A DNA stretch of 64,000 nucleotides from Escherichia coli (GTDB taxonomy: Bacteria; Pseudomonadota; Gammaproteobacteria; Enterobacterales; Enterobacteriaceae), in assembly GCF_044324785.1 (NCBI RefSeq), contig NZ_CP172127.1. One strand, written 5' to 3'. The notes under the pieces are model-generated. The model searched no databases and was not told the origin of the DNA. It saw nothing but the letters and a program-made list of their open reading frames with translations. Of the stretch, positions 46,580 to 59,369 are shown in pieces (positions within the stretch are counted from its first letter, which is position 1; each line of letters opens with the position of its first letter). Position numbers and translations under genes: made by a program.

Positions 46580-48229
46580 TTACTGATTTTCCTCAATCAA
46601 CAACGCTTCAAGCAAATCGAGATCGTGCAGTAATTTTTGCAGCGTTTCGTTGCTGATCTCCCGCGTGGCGCGCAGGTGGTACAGTTCAGCACGTTCAGAA
46701 CGCAATGCCGCCAGACGGAAGCGACGCTCAAGGTTCTCTTCCTGCACGGAACTTTCAACGTCGTTACGTCCATCGGCGCGACGACGCAGGTTACCAATGA
46801 CGCGAGAACTGACCTCCGTGAGCAGCTGGTTATCGATATTCTCTTCGGTATCCGCCGCCAGACGCTCCTCCATTTTCTGGATCGCCACAATCGCCACTTC
46901 TGCCGTTGCCGCTCGCGCAATACGTTCCTCTTTCAATTGTTGCGAATGGTCCGCGACTTCAATGTGTTGTAGCAGAATAGGCAACATCACCACGCCGACA
47001 AACAGCGAGAAGAGAATGACACCAGCCGCCAGGAATACCAGCTCATAGCGCGCCGGGAAGACGTTACCATCCGGCAAGAGCAGCGGGATAGAGAGCACAC
47101 CGGCCAGTGTGATCGCCCCACGCACCCCGGCGAAAGACGCGATCAGGATTTCTCGTGTGGTCCACGAACCAAACTCCATCGGCTTCTTCTTCAGGAAGCG
47201 GTTGCTGAACTTTTTCATCGTCCACAGCCAGCCGAAACGGACCAGCATCAGCGCCGCATAAATCAGAATGATATCGGTAAACAGCATCCAGATTTCGACG
47301 TTAGGGTCGATTTCTGCCGCCATCAGCGACGTCTCCAGAATACCCGGCAGCTGCAGACCTAACAGCAGGAATACCATGCCGTTAAAGACAAATTCCAGCA
47401 TCGCCCAGGTGCTGTTTGCGCGCAGGCGCATTGCCAGCGGCGCACGGCGCATCACACCGGAGCGGGTGATGGTCATCCCGGCGGCAACCGCAGCGAGGAT
47501 GCCGGAAACGCCAATATGTTCGGCAATCAGATAAGAAGCGAATGGCAGCAAGAACAGTAGAACAATCTGCGTCGCAGGTTCATCACCGCCCCAGCGGCTG
47601 AGGAATCGCAGCGAGCGACCATACAGCCAGCTCACTACAAAACCGGCGAGAATACCGCCAATGGCCACTTTCATAAATTCGACCGTCGCACCGCCGACGG
47701 TGAAGATCATCGTCCCCATCGCCACTGCTACGGCAAACTTCAACGACACCAGGCCGGAGGCGTCATTCATCAACGCTTCACCCTGCAAAATGCCCATGAT
47801 TTTTTTCGGGATGCGCCCTTCGCCAACAATCCCCGAGAGCGCCACAGCATCGGTCGGAGAAAGCACCGCAGCCAGCGCAAAGGCGGGGATCAGCGGAATG
47901 CCCGGCACCACCCAGTAAATAAGGAAGCCAATGCCGACCACGGTGACCACCACCAGCGCCAGCGCAAGGCCGAAAATCTCTCGACCATGTTCGAGAAATT
48001 CACGGGTCGGCGTTTTCCAGCCATCAGCGAACAGCAACGGCGGGATAAACAAGACTAAAAAGAGTTCAGGATCAAACTCCACATGCAAACCAAACGTCGG
48101 CCACGCCAGTAGCGCACCGATGGCGATTTGCATAAGCGGAAGCGGGATCTGAAAGGGCATGACACGAGTGACCACCCCGGACAGCGAGACCACGAGGGTC
48201 ATTATCAGTATGGTGAAGAAGATTTCCAT
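46580..48229 (-). CDS. yjcE: Na+/H+ exchanger-family membrane protein YjcE (CPA1)
   Basis: 549 aa; multi-TM then charged coiled-coil C-terminal tail. Confidence 0.9.
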   Translation of the reverse strand: MEIFFTILIMTLVVSLSGVVTRVMPFQIPLPLMQIAIGALLAWPTFGLHVEFDPELFLVLFIPPLLFADGWKTPTREFLEHGREIFGLALALVVVTVVGIGFLIYWVVPGIPLIPAFALAAVLSPTDAVALSGIVGEGRIPKKIMGILQGEALMNDASGLVSLKFAVAVAMGTMIFTVGGATVEFMKVAIGGILAGFVVSWLYGRSLRFLSRWGGDEPATQIVLLFLLPFASYLIAEHIGVSGILAAVAAGMTITRSGVMRRAPLAMRLRANSTWAMLEFVFNGMVFLLLGLQLPGILETSLMAAEIDPNVEIWMLFTDIILIYAALMLVRFGWLWTMKKFSNRFLKKKPMEFGSWTTREILIASFAGVRGAITLAGVLSIPLLLPDGNVFPARYELVFLAAGVILFSLFVGVVMLPILLQHIEVADHSQQLKEERIARAATAEVAIVAIQKMEERLAADTEENIDNQLLTEVSSRVIGNLRRRADGRNDVESSVQEENLERRFRLAALRSERAELYHLRATREISNETLQKLLHDLDLLEALLIEENQ

Positions 48230-48379
48230 GCGTTCCCTGTTTGCGATGTTTTTTATGATCTGAGAAAGACGTTATGCCTGAATTCTCATTTTTTCAGAAT
48301 ATCGCAAAAGCTCACACAATGTGCGGAGAAAATAAAAACGGGCAGCCATTGCCACCCGTTTTCAGAATCATATGAAAGA

Positions 48380-49729
48380 TTAGATAGCCCAGCCACCCGC
48401 ATAGAAGGTCACCAGCGCCACAGCGATAACGACCGTACCGATGTTCAACTTGCGCCATTCGCCGGAAACCAGACGACCAATCACCAGAGTCGCGAAGCCG
48501 ATCATGATGCCTGTTACGATGTTACAGGTCAGCACGATGAATACCGCCGTAACCAGACCCGCCATCGCATCAACAAAATCAGCAAAGTCGATTTTCGCCA
48601 CGTTGCTCAGCATCAGCAGGCCAACGTACATCAGCGCCGGAGCCGTTGCATACCCCGGAACGAGGTAGGAGAGCGGAGAGAGGAACAGAATCAGCAGGAA
48701 CAGCACGCCAACGGTGATAGCCGTCAAACCGGTTTTACCGCCCGCCGCCGTACCTGCCGCAGACTCGATGTATACCGCTGCCGGAGCCGCACCCACCAGG
48801 CCAGAGAAAACGCTGCTCATGGAGTCAGTGGTCAGTGCCTTCCCGCCGTCGATAATTTGCCCATCTTTATCCAGCAGGTTCGCCTGGCCGGCGACGGCAC
48901 GGATAGTTCCGGTGGCATCAAATACTGCCGTCATCACCAGCGCCAGAACGCTTGGCAGGACTACAGGATTCAGCGCGCCCATAATATCCAGGCTGCCAAT
49001 CAGTGAATTGCCGTTTTCATCGCTCAATGAAGGCATGGCGAAAACACCGGAGAAATGGACGTTAGGATCGAAGATCAAACCGACAATTGAGATACCGATA
49101 ATGGTCAGCAGAATGCCACCAGGGACTTTCAGTTTTTCCAGGCCGATGATCGCCGCCAGACCTACCAGTGACATAATCACCGGGAAGGTCGCGAAATCAC
49201 CCAGCGCAACGGGCAGACCATCAAGCGGGTTTTTAATCACCAGACCGACACCATTCGCAGCAATCAGCAGCAGGAACAGACCGATACCGATCCCCGTGCC
49301 GTGCGCCACACCGTGCGGCAAGTTGCGCAAAATCCAGCTACGGATACCCGTGGCAGAAATGACCGTAAACAGCACACCCATCAGGAACACGGCACCCAGC
49401 GCGACAGGTACGCTAATATGTTGCCCCAGCACCAGACTGAATGCGGTAAACGCCGTCAGGGAGATGGCGCAACCAATCGCCAACGGCAGATTAGCCCACA
49501 GACCCATCACGATAGAACCGAGTCCGGCAACCAGACAGGTCGCAACGAAAACTGCCGCAGGCGGGAAGCCCGCTTTACCCAACATGCCTGGAACGACGAT
49601 AACCGAGTAGACCATCGCCAGAAACGTTGTTAACCCGGCAACCACTTCCTGACGGACAGTGCTTCCACGTTGTGAAATTTTAAACCAGGCGTCGAGTGAA
49701 CCGCCGGTACGCGCTGATGGCGTAGACAT
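48380..49729 (-). CDS. ghxP: Guanine/hypoxanthine permease GhxP (YjcD; NCS2/AzgA family)
   Basis: 449 aa multi-TM. Confidence 0.88.
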   Translation of the reverse strand: MSTPSARTGGSLDAWFKISQRGSTVRQEVVAGLTTFLAMVYSVIVVPGMLGKAGFPPAAVFVATCLVAGLGSIVMGLWANLPLAIGCAISLTAFTAFSLVLGQHISVPVALGAVFLMGVLFTVISATGIRSWILRNLPHGVAHGTGIGIGLFLLLIAANGVGLVIKNPLDGLPVALGDFATFPVIMSLVGLAAIIGLEKLKVPGGILLTIIGISIVGLIFDPNVHFSGVFAMPSLSDENGNSLIGSLDIMGALNPVVLPSVLALVMTAVFDATGTIRAVAGQANLLDKDGQIIDGGKALTTDSMSSVFSGLVGAAPAAVYIESAAGTAAGGKTGLTAITVGVLFLLILFLSPLSYLVPGYATAPALMYVGLLMLSNVAKIDFADFVDAMAGLVTAVFIVLTCNIVTGIMIGFATLVIGRLVSGEWRKLNIGTVVIAVALVTFYAGGWAI

Positions 49730-49789
49730 AAGAAAACATCCCCTGAGAGTTTAATTTTCGTCAAGATGCGTGGCGGACAATCCCCTGCC

Positions 49790-50010
49790 AGCGAAACGTT
49801 ATCTTCCTGCTCCAGGTTTGCGGCAATTTGGTGCGTCGCAAAAAAGCAAACGTTTAGCTCCGCGCATACAAAACGGGTGGTAAAAAAAGCAAACGATTAT
49901 CCGGCGATCATAGCGGCTTTTTCAACCGAAGTTTGCTGCTTTTTTCTCTTTTATTGTCTTGACGATGAAAAACCAGGCAATTGATGCGCAAACGTTATCG
50001 TCGATGCGCA
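49790..50010. promoter_or_regulatory. Cluster of PurR-operator-like motifs (GCAAACGTT) upstream of ghxP
   Basis: gcgaaacgttatc (about 49793), agcaaacgtttagc (about 49846), agcaaacgattatc (about 49889), gcgcaaacgttatcg (about 49989); compare PurR consensus ACGCAAACGTTTGCGT. Confidence 0.5.
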
Positions 50011-50254
50011 AGATTGCAGCGTTATCGAGCCGTATACCGTTCTGGATTGCGATAAAAAATCGTCTGAGATGACAAAAATATTGCGGCTAAAAAGTATACT
50101 TTTACACTGGCGAAGAAACGTCGGTGACATACAATTAAAGCATCAACACCAACCGGAACCTCCACCACGTGCTCGAATGAGGTGTGTTGACGTCGGGGGA
50201 AACCCTCCTGTGTACCAGCGGGATAGAGAGAAAGACAAAGACCGGAAAACAAAC

Positions 50255-50290
50255 TAAAGCGCCCTTGTGGCGCTTTAGTTTTGTGTTTGC
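50255..50290. terminator. Perfect 13-bp-stem hairpin with flanking T/A runs (bidirectional terminator-like)
   Basis: aaactaaagcgcc-cttgt-ggcgctttagttt; a partial second copy of the right arm occurs at 50418..50445. Confidence 0.6.
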
Positions 50291-50299
50291 GGATAATTC

Positions 50300-50445
50300 C
50301 AAAAGAGCTCGATCTGTCCCCTCGCCCCTTCGGGGAGAGGGTTAGGGTGAGGGGAACAGGCAGCACCAGTGCAAACATTTACCCTCACCCCGGCCCCATA
50401 GTTAACGATGAGTCAGCTTGTCCTTGTGGCGCTTTAGTTTTGTTC
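50300..50445 (+). ncRNA. sraL: Candidate small RNA SraL/RyjA in the ghxP-soxR spacer, overlapping the soxR 3' end antisense
   Basis: About 140-nt GC-rich segment with two strong hairpins, ending in ccttgtggcgctttagttttgtt; location matches my recollection of ryjA, whose sequence I cannot verify. Confidence 0.4.
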
Positions 50446-50898
50446 ATCTTCCAGCAAGCGTGCGCCTGTGCCTTCTTCTCCTAAGCGGTCGCCCGGGTTA
50501 CGCAATGGGCAATCACTGCGCGAAAGGCAGCCACAACCAATACATCCGTCCAGTTCGTCACGCAGCGCCACTAAGGTATGAATGCGCCGATCCAACTCTT
50601 CTCGCCATTGGGACGAAAGCTGTTTCCACTCTTTCGCACTTAATGTATGCCCTTCGGGCAACACGCCAAACGCTTCACGAATGGTCGCCAGCGGAATGCC
50701 AATGCGCTGAGCAATTTTGATGATTGCGACATATCGCAACACATCACGTTTATATCGCCGCTGATTGCCACTATTACGGATACTGCTAATCAACCCTTTG
50801 CTTTCATAGAAATGCAGCGCCGATACCGCCACACCGCTGCGTTTCGCCACTTCGCCGGGGGTTAGCAGCGCTTTAATGCGGGGTAATTTCTTTTCCAT
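50434..50898 (-). CDS. soxR: Redox-sensing MerR-family regulator SoxR ([2Fe-2S])
   Basis: 154 aa; MerR HTH and C-terminal Cys cluster [12 protein letters not shown]. Confidence 0.95.
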   Translation of the reverse strand: MEKKLPRIKALLTPGEVAKRSGVAVSALHFYESKGLISSIRNSGNQRRYKRDVLRYVAIIKIAQRIGIPLATIREAFGVLPEGHTLSAKEWKQLSSQWREELDRRIHTLVALRDELDGCIGCGCLSRSDCPLRNPGDRLGEEGTGARLLEDEQN

Positions 50899-50908
50899 AA
50901 ATCGCTTT

Positions 50909-50936
50909 ACCTCAAGTTAACTTGAGGAATTATACT
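50909..50936 (+). promoter_or_regulatory. SoxR operator (palindrome) within the soxS promoter spacer, with -10 TATACT
   Basis: cctcaagttaacttgagg perfect palindrome between ttacc(-35-like) and tatact, about 50 bp upstream of soxS. Confidence 0.85.
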
Positions 50937-50983
50937 CCCCAACAGATGAATTAACGAACTGAACACTGAAAAGAGGCAGATTT

Positions 50984-51307
50984 ATGTCCCATCAGAAAAT
51001 TATTCAGGATCTTATCGCATGGATTGACGAGCATATTGACCAGCCGCTTAACATTGATGTCGTCGCAAAAAAATCAGGCTATTCAAAGTGGTACTTACAG
51101 CGGATGTTCCGCACGGTGACGCATCAGACACTAGGTGATTACATTCGCCAACGCCGCCTGTTACTGGCCGCCGTTGAGTTGCGCACCACCGAGCGTCCGA
51201 TTTTTGATATCGCAATGGACCTGGGTTATGTCTCGCAGCAGACCTTCTCCCGCGTTTTCCGTCGGCAGTTTGATCGCACACCCAGCGATTATCGCCACCG
51301 CCTGTAG
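50984..51307 (+). CDS. soxS: AraC-family superoxide-response activator SoxS
   Basis: 107 aa, MSHQKIIQDLIAWIDEHIDQPLNIDVVAKKSGYSKWYLQRMF... Confidence 0.95.
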   Translation: MSHQKIIQDLIAWIDEHIDQPLNIDVVAKKSGYSKWYLQRMFRTVTHQTLGDYIRQRRLLLAAVELRTTERPIFDIAMDLGYVSQQTFSRVFRRQFDRTPSDYRHRL

Positions 51308-51312
51308 TTTTA

Positions 51313-52896
51313 TTACCCGCGCGTTAACCCCCGCGCGGGTAATTGCTCCATCCATTGCATAAACACCTGCGGCGGCATCGCCTTCGCAAAGAACCATCCC
51401 TGACAATAGCGCACGCCGCGTTTGCGCAGCCAGTTAACCTGCTCCTCAGTTTCGACGCCTTCAGCGATCGTTTTTAACCCCAGACTGTGCGCCAGCTCGA
51501 TGATGTGTTCCGCAATCAAATGACTGGTTTTGTGGGTGGTCAGCGTCTCAACAAACGATTTATCGATTTTCAAAATATCGACATTCAATGATTTAAGGTT
51601 ATGCAAGTTAGAGTAGCCAATACCAAAATCATCAATTGCCACTTCGTAACCAGCCTGGCGGAAAGCCAGAATAATTGGTGTCATTTTGTCGACATCAAGA
51701 AATGCATGTTCAGTCACTTCAAATTTAATTTGCTGTGGACGCACCGCGTATTGCTCTGTTTTCTGATTGGTTCGCGCTATCAACCGTGACGTATGAAAAT
51801 CGGAGGCCGACAGGTTAATAGAAACATAGCGATCGGCATGTGTTGCCAGGTACGCGCCCAGATCGCGGAAGACATTATCAATAACATAATCAGTTACCTG
51901 TCCGATCATCCCCTCCTTTTCTGCCAGCGGAATAAACTCTGCCGGATTCATTACTTGCCCCTGCTCACCAGGCCAACGTAACAATGCTTCAGCTCCGATA
52001 CATTTTTCTGTTTTGATATCGATTATTGGCTGGTAATAAAGGCAAAGTTGATGTTTTTCGAGGGCGCGTTGCAATTTGCGTTTGGGAGACAAATAGTTTT
52101 GTCGAATACGTAGCCAGAGTAATAACAGAACAAGACTCCCCAAAATACCGGCGGGTAACGCAAAAATAAGATGATTATAAAAATGCGCTATAAGACGTTG
52201 ATATGAAGTCGCAACAATAGCTGCAATCGGGCGTTTTGTCGAATAAACTGTCGCATATAAATAGCCATTTCTTTGTACGATTAAATCATTCAAATGAATC
52301 AGCGGAGAAAACGTTGCTGCCGAGGCCTCGTTGCTTAACGAGAAAAAGGTTTTTGTCACCGTATCATACACACCCCATTGCAATGTCGGATCATCGGACA
52401 TCACTTCACTCCAGAAGAGAGGGTTGATAACCGCCACATAATTTCCCCGCTGCATATAGGTCATTTTATAGCCAGAGAAAAAAGGCGTATCGCGGTAATA
52501 ATAGATAGAAACGTTAGGTTCACGCTTATAATCGGCCGGTGCAATCGTATAGCCGTTTACAGGCGCTATCAGCGATGAGCATAAAAAATGGTTATCACGG
52601 GCATAGATCAATTCATTAATATAAAGATAGCCACGAATAATATTCAACATTCGCTTTTGATGGGCTGGAGTGCAAACTTGCCCCTGATAGCGTTCAGCAG
52701 CATCGCTCACTAAATCTGCCTGGCGAATGACCAGCTCGGATTTATCCAGTGCCAGTTGAGCAAAAGTTTGGAGCTGACTATTCACTTCTGATTTTGCCCA
52801 AAGGAAGGCAATCCATAGCGACAGAATGATGGGAAAGAGAACTAAAAAGATAATGCCCGGCAACGCCAGTAATTGGTGTCGTGCATGATGACTCAT
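51313..52896 (-). CDS. pdeC: Cyclic-di-GMP phosphodiesterase PdeC (YjcC; CSS-motif sensor plus EAL domain)
   Basis: 528 aa from ATG 52896; periplasmic CSS-type domain between two TMs, C-terminal EAL domain. Confidence 0.9.
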
Positions 52897-53324
52897 TGCT
52901 ATCAATTTCCTGCCTGTTTATACCCGGTCATTGCAAGGTGAAAACCCTGGTTACCGACATCTTTAGATAAATCTTACGGTATAAATAGCACTTTTGCCTG
53001 ATTTGAAATTGATACCTTTTTAATGGTCACCTGGATAAAAATAATTCATTGATATTCAAATTAATTTTCTACAGGAATGCAGAGGCGGCGGGAAGATATG
53101 CCCTTAATGCCACTGAAAAACCACATAATCTGTACAGCAATAAAAGTCACGGCCTAATCTGGCTAACAAACAATCAATTGTGATATAGTTCACAAAATTA
53201 ATGAAACAAACAGAGTGTTTCATTTTTGTGTCCTGCAAGCCCCGCGATAGCCAGAGTGTACCACGCCTCCCGTGAACAACGCCGCGCTGTCCAGGGCATC
53301 GGCTCTTTTCAGAGGAATTGTTTG

Positions 53325-53606
53325 ATGGCTACCCTCACCACTGGCGTGGTTCTTCTTCGCTGGCAACTTCTTAGTGCCGTAATGATGTTTCTGGCCAGCA
53401 CGCTCAACATCCGTTTTCGTCGGTCTGATTATGTCGGGCTTGCAGTGATCAGCAGCGGTCTGGGCGTAGTTTCCGCCTGCTGGTTCGCAATGGGGTTGCT
53501 TGGCATCACAATGGCGGATATCACCGCCATCTGGCACAACATCGAGTCGGTGATGATAGAAGAGATGAATCAGACACCGCCACAATGGCCAATGATTTTG
53601 ACTTGA
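53325..53606 (+). CDS. yjcB: Small inner-membrane protein YjcB
   Basis: 93 aa from ATG 53325 (MATLTTGVVLLRWQLLSAVMMFLAS...), two TM helices. Confidence 0.8.
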   Translation: MATLTTGVVLLRWQLLSAVMMFLASTLNIRFRRSDYVGLAVISSGLGVVSACWFAMGLLGITMADITAIWHNIESVMIEEMNQTPPQWPMILT

Positions 53607-53611
53607 TATGT

Positions 53612-53640
53612 AGAAGCCTCCAAAACGGAGGCTTCTTTTT
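53612..53640 (+). terminator. Rho-independent terminator after yjcB
   Basis: gaagcctccaaaacggaggcttc followed by ttttttt. Confidence 0.8.
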
Positions 53641-53703
53641 TACGGCTGGCAGATGTTTTATCATCCACCTTAAAACAATATAACCTATTGTTTTAATGAC
53701 AAA

Positions 53704-54240
53704 TCAGAACGGAATATCGTCATCAAAGTCCATCGGCGGCTCATTAGACGGTGCTGCCGGAGCAGACTGCTGCGGGCGAGACTGCGCGCCGCCGCTGAAC
53801 TGATTGCCGCCCTGCGGCTGCTGAGGCTGACCCCAACCGCCCTGCGGCTGACCACCACCGATATTGCCACCTGCAGGAGCGCCACCACCCTGACGACCAC
53901 CCAACATCTGCATGGTGCCGCCAACGTTCACCACGACTTCTGTGGTGTAGCGATCCTGACCGGATTGATCGGTCCATTTGCGGGTACGCAGCTGACCTTC
54001 GATATAAACCTGAGAACCTTTACGCAGATATTCGCTGGCTACTTCTGCCAGTTTGCCGAACAGCACAACGCGGTGCCATTCAGTCTGCTCTTTCATCTCG
54101 CCGGTCGCTTTATCACGCCAGGATTCGGAAGTAGCCAGCGTAATGTTGGCAACTGCGCCACCATTTGGCATGTAGCGTACTTCCGGGTCCTGACCCAGAT
54201 TACCAACGAGAATAACCTTGTTTACGCCTCTGCTGGCCAT
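53704..54240 (-). CDS. ssb: Single-stranded DNA-binding protein
   Basis: 178 aa, [39 protein letters not shown]..., Gly/Gln-rich linker and acidic tail DFDDDIPF. Confidence 0.97.
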   Translation of the reverse strand: MASRGVNKVILVGNLGQDPEVRYMPNGGAVANITLATSESWRDKATGEMKEQTEWHRVVLFGKLAEVASEYLRKGSQVYIEGQLRTRKWTDQSGQDRYTTEVVVNVGGTMQMLGGRQGGGAPAGGNIGGGQPQGGWGQPQQPQGGNQFSGGAQSRPQQSAPAAPSNEPPMDFDDDIPF

Positions 54241-54393
54241 GTTCGTGTCTCCTGAAAAAAAATCGTTCTGAATAAGTGTAAACGCGCGATTGTACCATTA
54301 CCAATAGCGCTTTTACTATGTTGTGACCTCGGTTCCGGGAAACAAACCTGGCCAGACATTGTTACACAACACTCCGGGTAATGCATTCCAATA

Positions 54394-54409
54394 CTGTATA
54401 TTCATTCAG
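54394..54409. promoter_or_regulatory. LexA (SOS) box in the divergent ssb/uvrA promoter region
   Basis: CTGTatattcattCAG matching CTGT-N8-ACAG. Confidence 0.8.
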
Positions 54410-54494
54410 GTCAATTTGTGTCATAATTAACCGTTTGTGATCGCCGGTAGCACCATGCCACCGGGCAAAAAAGCGTTTAATCCGGGAAAGGTGA

Positions 54495-57317
54495 ATGGAT
54501 AAGATCGAAGTTCGGGGCGCCCGCACCCATAATCTCAAAAACATCAACCTCGTTATCCCCCGCGACAAGCTCATTGTCGTGACCGGGCTTTCGGGTTCTG
54601 GCAAATCCTCGCTCGCTTTCGACACCTTATATGCCGAAGGGCAGCGCCGTTACGTTGAATCCCTTTCCGCCTACGCGCGGCAGTTTCTGTCACTGATGGA
54701 AAAGCCGGACGTCGATCATATTGAGGGGCTTTCTCCTGCCATCTCAATTGAGCAGAAATCGACGTCTCATAACCCGCGTTCTACGGTGGGGACAATCACC
54801 GAAATCCACGACTATTTGCGTTTGTTGTTCGCCCGCGTCGGCGAGCCGCGCTGCCCGGACCACGATGTACCGCTGGCGGCGCAAACCGTCAGTCAGATGG
54901 TGGATAACGTGTTGTCCCAGCCGGAAGGTAAACGCCTGATGCTGCTCGCGCCAATCATTAAAGAGCGCAAAGGCGAACACACCAAAACGCTGGAAAATCT
55001 GGCAAGCCAGGGTTACATCCGTGCTCGTATTGATGGCGAAGTCTGCGATCTTTCCGATCCGCCGAAACTGGAACTGCAAAAGAAACATACCATTGAAGTG
55101 GTGGTTGATCGCTTCAAGGTGCGTGACGATCTCACCCAACGTCTGGCAGAGTCGTTTGAAACCGCGCTGGAGCTTTCCGGTGGTACCGCGGTAGTTGCCG
55201 ATATGGACGATCCAAAAGCGGAAGAGCTGCTATTTTCCGCCAACTTCGCCTGCCCAATTTGCGGCTACAGTATGCGTGAACTGGAACCACGCCTGTTTTC
55301 GTTTAACAACCCGGCGGGTGCCTGCCCGACCTGTGACGGCCTTGGCGTACAGCAATATTTCGATCCTGACCGCGTGATCCAGAATCCGGAACTGTCGCTG
55401 GCAGGTGGTGCGATCCGAGGCTGGGATCGCCGCAACTTCTATTACTTCCAGATGCTGAAATCGCTGGCAGATCACTATAAGTTCGACGTCGAAGCGCCGT
55501 GGGGCAGCCTGAGCGCGAACGTGCATAAAGTGGTGTTGTACGGTTCTGGCAAAGAAAACATTGAATTCAAATACATGAACGATCGTGGCGATACCTCCAT
55601 TCGTCGTCATCCGTTCGAAGGCGTGCTGCACAATATGGAGCGCCGTTATAAAGAGACGGAATCTAGTGCGGTACGCGAAGAATTAGCCAAGTTTATCAGC
55701 AATCGCCCGTGCGCCAGCTGCGAAGGGACGCGTCTGCGTCGGGAAGCGCGCCATGTGTATGTCGAGAATACGCCGCTGCCTGCTATCTCCGACATGAGCA
55801 TCGGTCATGCGATGGAATTCTTCAACAATCTCAAACTCGCAGGTCAGCGAGCGAAGATTGCGGAAAAAATCCTTAAAGAGATTGGCGATCGCCTGAAATT
55901 CCTCGTTAACGTCGGCCTGAATTACCTGACACTTTCCCGCTCGGCAGAGACACTTTCTGGCGGTGAAGCCCAGCGTATCCGTCTGGCGAGCCAGATTGGT
56001 GCGGGCCTGGTTGGCGTTATGTACGTGCTGGACGAGCCGTCTATCGGCCTGCACCAGCGCGATAACGAGCGCCTGTTGGGTACGCTTATCCATCTGCGCG
56101 ATCTCGGTAATACCGTGATTGTGGTGGAGCACGACGAAGACGCGATTCGCGCCGCCGACCATGTGATCGACATTGGCCCGGGCGCAGGTGTTCACGGCGG
56201 TGAAGTGGTCGCAGAAGGTCCGCTGGAAGCGATTATGGCGGTGCCGGAGTCGTTGACCGGGCAGTACATGAGCGGTAAACGCAAGATTGAAGTGCCGAAG
56301 AAACGCGTTCCGGCGAATCCGGAAAAAGTGCTGAAGCTGACAGGCGCACGCGGCAACAACCTGAAGGACGTGACGCTGACGCTGCCAGTCGGTCTGTTTA
56401 CCTGCATCACAGGGGTTTCAGGTTCCGGTAAATCGACGCTGATTAACGACACACTGTTCCCGATTGCCCAACGCCAGTTGAATGGTGCGACCATTGCCGA
56501 ACCGGCACCGTATCGCGATATTCAGGGACTGGAGCATTTCGATAAAGTGATCGATATCGACCAAAGCCCAATTGGTCGTACTCCGCGTTCTAACCCGGCG
56601 ACCTATACCGGCGTGTTTACGCCTGTGCGCGAACTGTTTGCGGGCGTACCGGAATCCCGTGCGCGCGGTTATACGCCAGGACGTTTCAGCTTTAACGTCC
56701 GTGGCGGGCGCTGCGAAGCCTGTCAGGGCGACGGCGTGATCAAAGTGGAGATGCACTTCCTGCCGGACATTTACGTACCGTGCGACCAGTGCAAAGGTAA
56801 ACGCTATAACCGTGAAACGTTGGAGATTAAGTACAAAGGCAAAACCATCCACGAAGTGCTGGATATGACCATCGAAGAGGCGCGTGAGTTCTTTGATGCC
56901 GTGCCAGCTCTGGCGCGTAAGCTGCAAACGTTGATGGACGTTGGCCTGACGTACATTCGCCTGGGGCAGTCCGCAACCACACTTTCTGGTGGTGAAGCCC
57001 AGCGCGTGAAGCTGGCGCGTGAGCTGTCAAAACGCGGAACCGGGCAGACGCTGTATATTCTTGATGAGCCGACCACCGGTCTGCACTTCGCCGATATTCA
57101 GCAATTGCTCGACGTACTGCATAAACTGCGCGATCAGGGCAACACCATTGTGGTGATTGAACACAATCTCGACGTGATCAAAACCGCTGACTGGATTGTC
57201 GACCTGGGACCGGAAGGCGGCAGTGGCGGCGGCGAGATCCTCGTCTCCGGTACGCCAGAAACCGTCGCGGAGTGCGAAGCTTCGCATACGGCGCGCTTCC
57301 TCAAGCCGATGCTGTAA
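54495..57317 (+). CDS. uvrA: Excinuclease ABC subunit A
   Basis: 940 aa; two ABC modules ([18 protein letters not shown]), zinc-finger Cys clusters. Confidence 0.97.
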   Translation: MDKIEVRGARTHNLKNINLVIPRDKLIVVTGLSGSGKSSLAFDTLYAEGQRRYVESLSAYARQFLSLMEKPDVDHIEGLSPAISIEQKSTSHNPRSTVGTITEIHDYLRLLFARVGEPRCPDHDVPLAAQTVSQMVDNVLSQPEGKRLMLLAPIIKERKGEHTKTLENLASQGYIRARIDGEVCDLSDPPKLELQKKHTIEVVVDRFKVRDDLTQRLAESFETALELSGGTAVVADMDDPKAEELLFSANFACPICGYSMRELEPRLFSFNNPAGACPTCDGLGVQQYFDPDRVIQNPELSLAGGAIRGWDRRNFYYFQMLKSLADHYKFDVEAPWGSLSANVHKVVLYGSGKENIEFKYMNDRGDTSIRRHPFEGVLHNMERRYKETESSAVREELAKFISNRPCASCEGTRLRREARHVYVENTPLPAISDMSIGHAMEFFNNLKLAGQRAKIAEKILKEIGDRLKFLVNVGLNYLTLSRSAETLSGGEAQRIRLASQIGAGLVGVMYVLDEPSIGLHQRDNERLLGTLIHLRDLGNTVIVVEHDEDAIRAADHVIDIGPGAGVHGGEVVAEGPLEAIMAVPESLTGQYMSGKRKIEVPKKRVPANPEKVLKLTGARGNNLKDVTLTLPVGLFTCITGVSGSGKSTLINDTLFPIAQRQLNGATIAEPAPYRDIQGLEHFDKVIDIDQSPIGRTPRSNPATYTGVFTPVRELFAGVPESRARGYTPGRFSFNVRGGRCEACQGDGVIKVEMHFLPDIYVPCDQCKGKRYNRETLEIKYKGKTIHEVLDMTIEEAREFFDAVPALARKLQTLMDVGLTYIRLGQSATTLSGGEAQRVKLARELSKRGTGQTLYILDEPTTGLHFADIQQLLDVLHKLRDQGNTIVVIEHNLDVIKTADWIVDLGPEGGSGGGEILVSGTPETVAECEASHTARFLKPML

Positions 57318-57321
57318 TCGT

Positions 57322-57345
57322 TAAGGCCGCTTTCTGAGCGGCCTT
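57322..57345. terminator. Bidirectional hairpin between convergent uvrA and yjbR
   Basis: aaggccgctttctgagcggcctt. Confidence 0.7.
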
Positions 57346-57351
57346 TTCCTT

Positions 57352-57708
57352 TCAGAGTTGCACCAGCAATTTACGTTTTTCTTCCGGCAGCAAATTCACC
57401 GCCTGCTGATAAGACGCATCCACCAGATAATAGATTTGCGAATCCGGCAGCGAACCGTCGAGATACACGGTGCTCCAGTGCGCTTTATTCAGATGGCGGC
57501 TTGGACGCACATCGCTGTGCTGCTGACGTAGCAGCTCCGCCAGCTCCGGGCTGGTTTTCAGCGAAACCGCCGGGCGATTTTCTACTTCTTTCACCATCGC
57601 AAACAGTACATCTTCCACTTTGATCTGCGTCGCTTTCCAGTCGTTATGCACGCTCTGTTCTGCGCCTGGTTTTGCCATGCAATATTGTAGCAACTCCGAA
57701 ATGGTCAT
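57352..57708 (-). CDS. yjbR: Uncharacterised protein YjbR
   Basis: 118-aa ORF immediately downstream of yjbQ. Confidence 0.8.
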   Translation of the reverse strand: MTISELLQYCMAKPGAEQSVHNDWKATQIKVEDVLFAMVKEVENRPAVSLKTSPELAELLRQQHSDVRPSRHLNKAHWSTVYLDGSLPDSQIYYLVDASYQQAVNLLPEEKRKLLVQL

Positions 57709-57711
57709 TTT

Positions 57712-58128
57712 TTACTCCCCTTGTAGTGTCGCGATGATGCGACGCGATCCGCCGTGGATGCGATGTTCCCCCAGCCAGATGCCTTGCCAGGTGCCGGTCT
57801 GAATACGCCCTTTATGCACCGGCAATACAAGCGATGTTCCCAGCATTGAGGATTTGATATGAGAAGGCATATCGTCTGCTCCCTCATAGTCATGCTCATA
57901 ATTTCCGTTATCGGGAACGGTGCGGAGGAAAAAACGCTCCATGTCGTGGCGTACGGTGGGATCGCAGTTCTCATTAAGTGTCAGAGAGGCGGAGGTATGT
58001 TGCAGCAACAGATGCAGTAAGCCGATGTTAACGCGCGGCATATCAGCCAGCTGATTCAGAATTTCATCCGTTACCAGATGAAACCCACGAGATTTGGCGC
58101 TAAGCGTGAGCGTCTTTTGATACCACAT
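57712..58128 (-). CDS. yjbQ: UPF0047-family protein YjbQ
   Basis: 138 aa, [23 protein letters not shown]... Confidence 0.85.
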
Positions 58129-58238
58129 GTGCTGCTCCTTGATAAAACTCTCTTAATCAGTTTGCAGCAAGACAGCGAAAGGATAAAGGTGTGATTAAAA
58201 AAACAGCATTCGGGAGAGTGTCACGCTCTCCCGCTCTG

Positions 58239-59231
<993 letters not shown>

Positions 59232-59369
59232 TTAATAAACTTAATGATACAGCAATACAAAAACAATCGAAGTTTATAAAATAACATTTTTATAAAGATG
59301 ATTTCTGATTGACCAGAACCCTACCCTACAATGGTGACTAATTTTATTACTCCCGAAGGAGATGATGAT

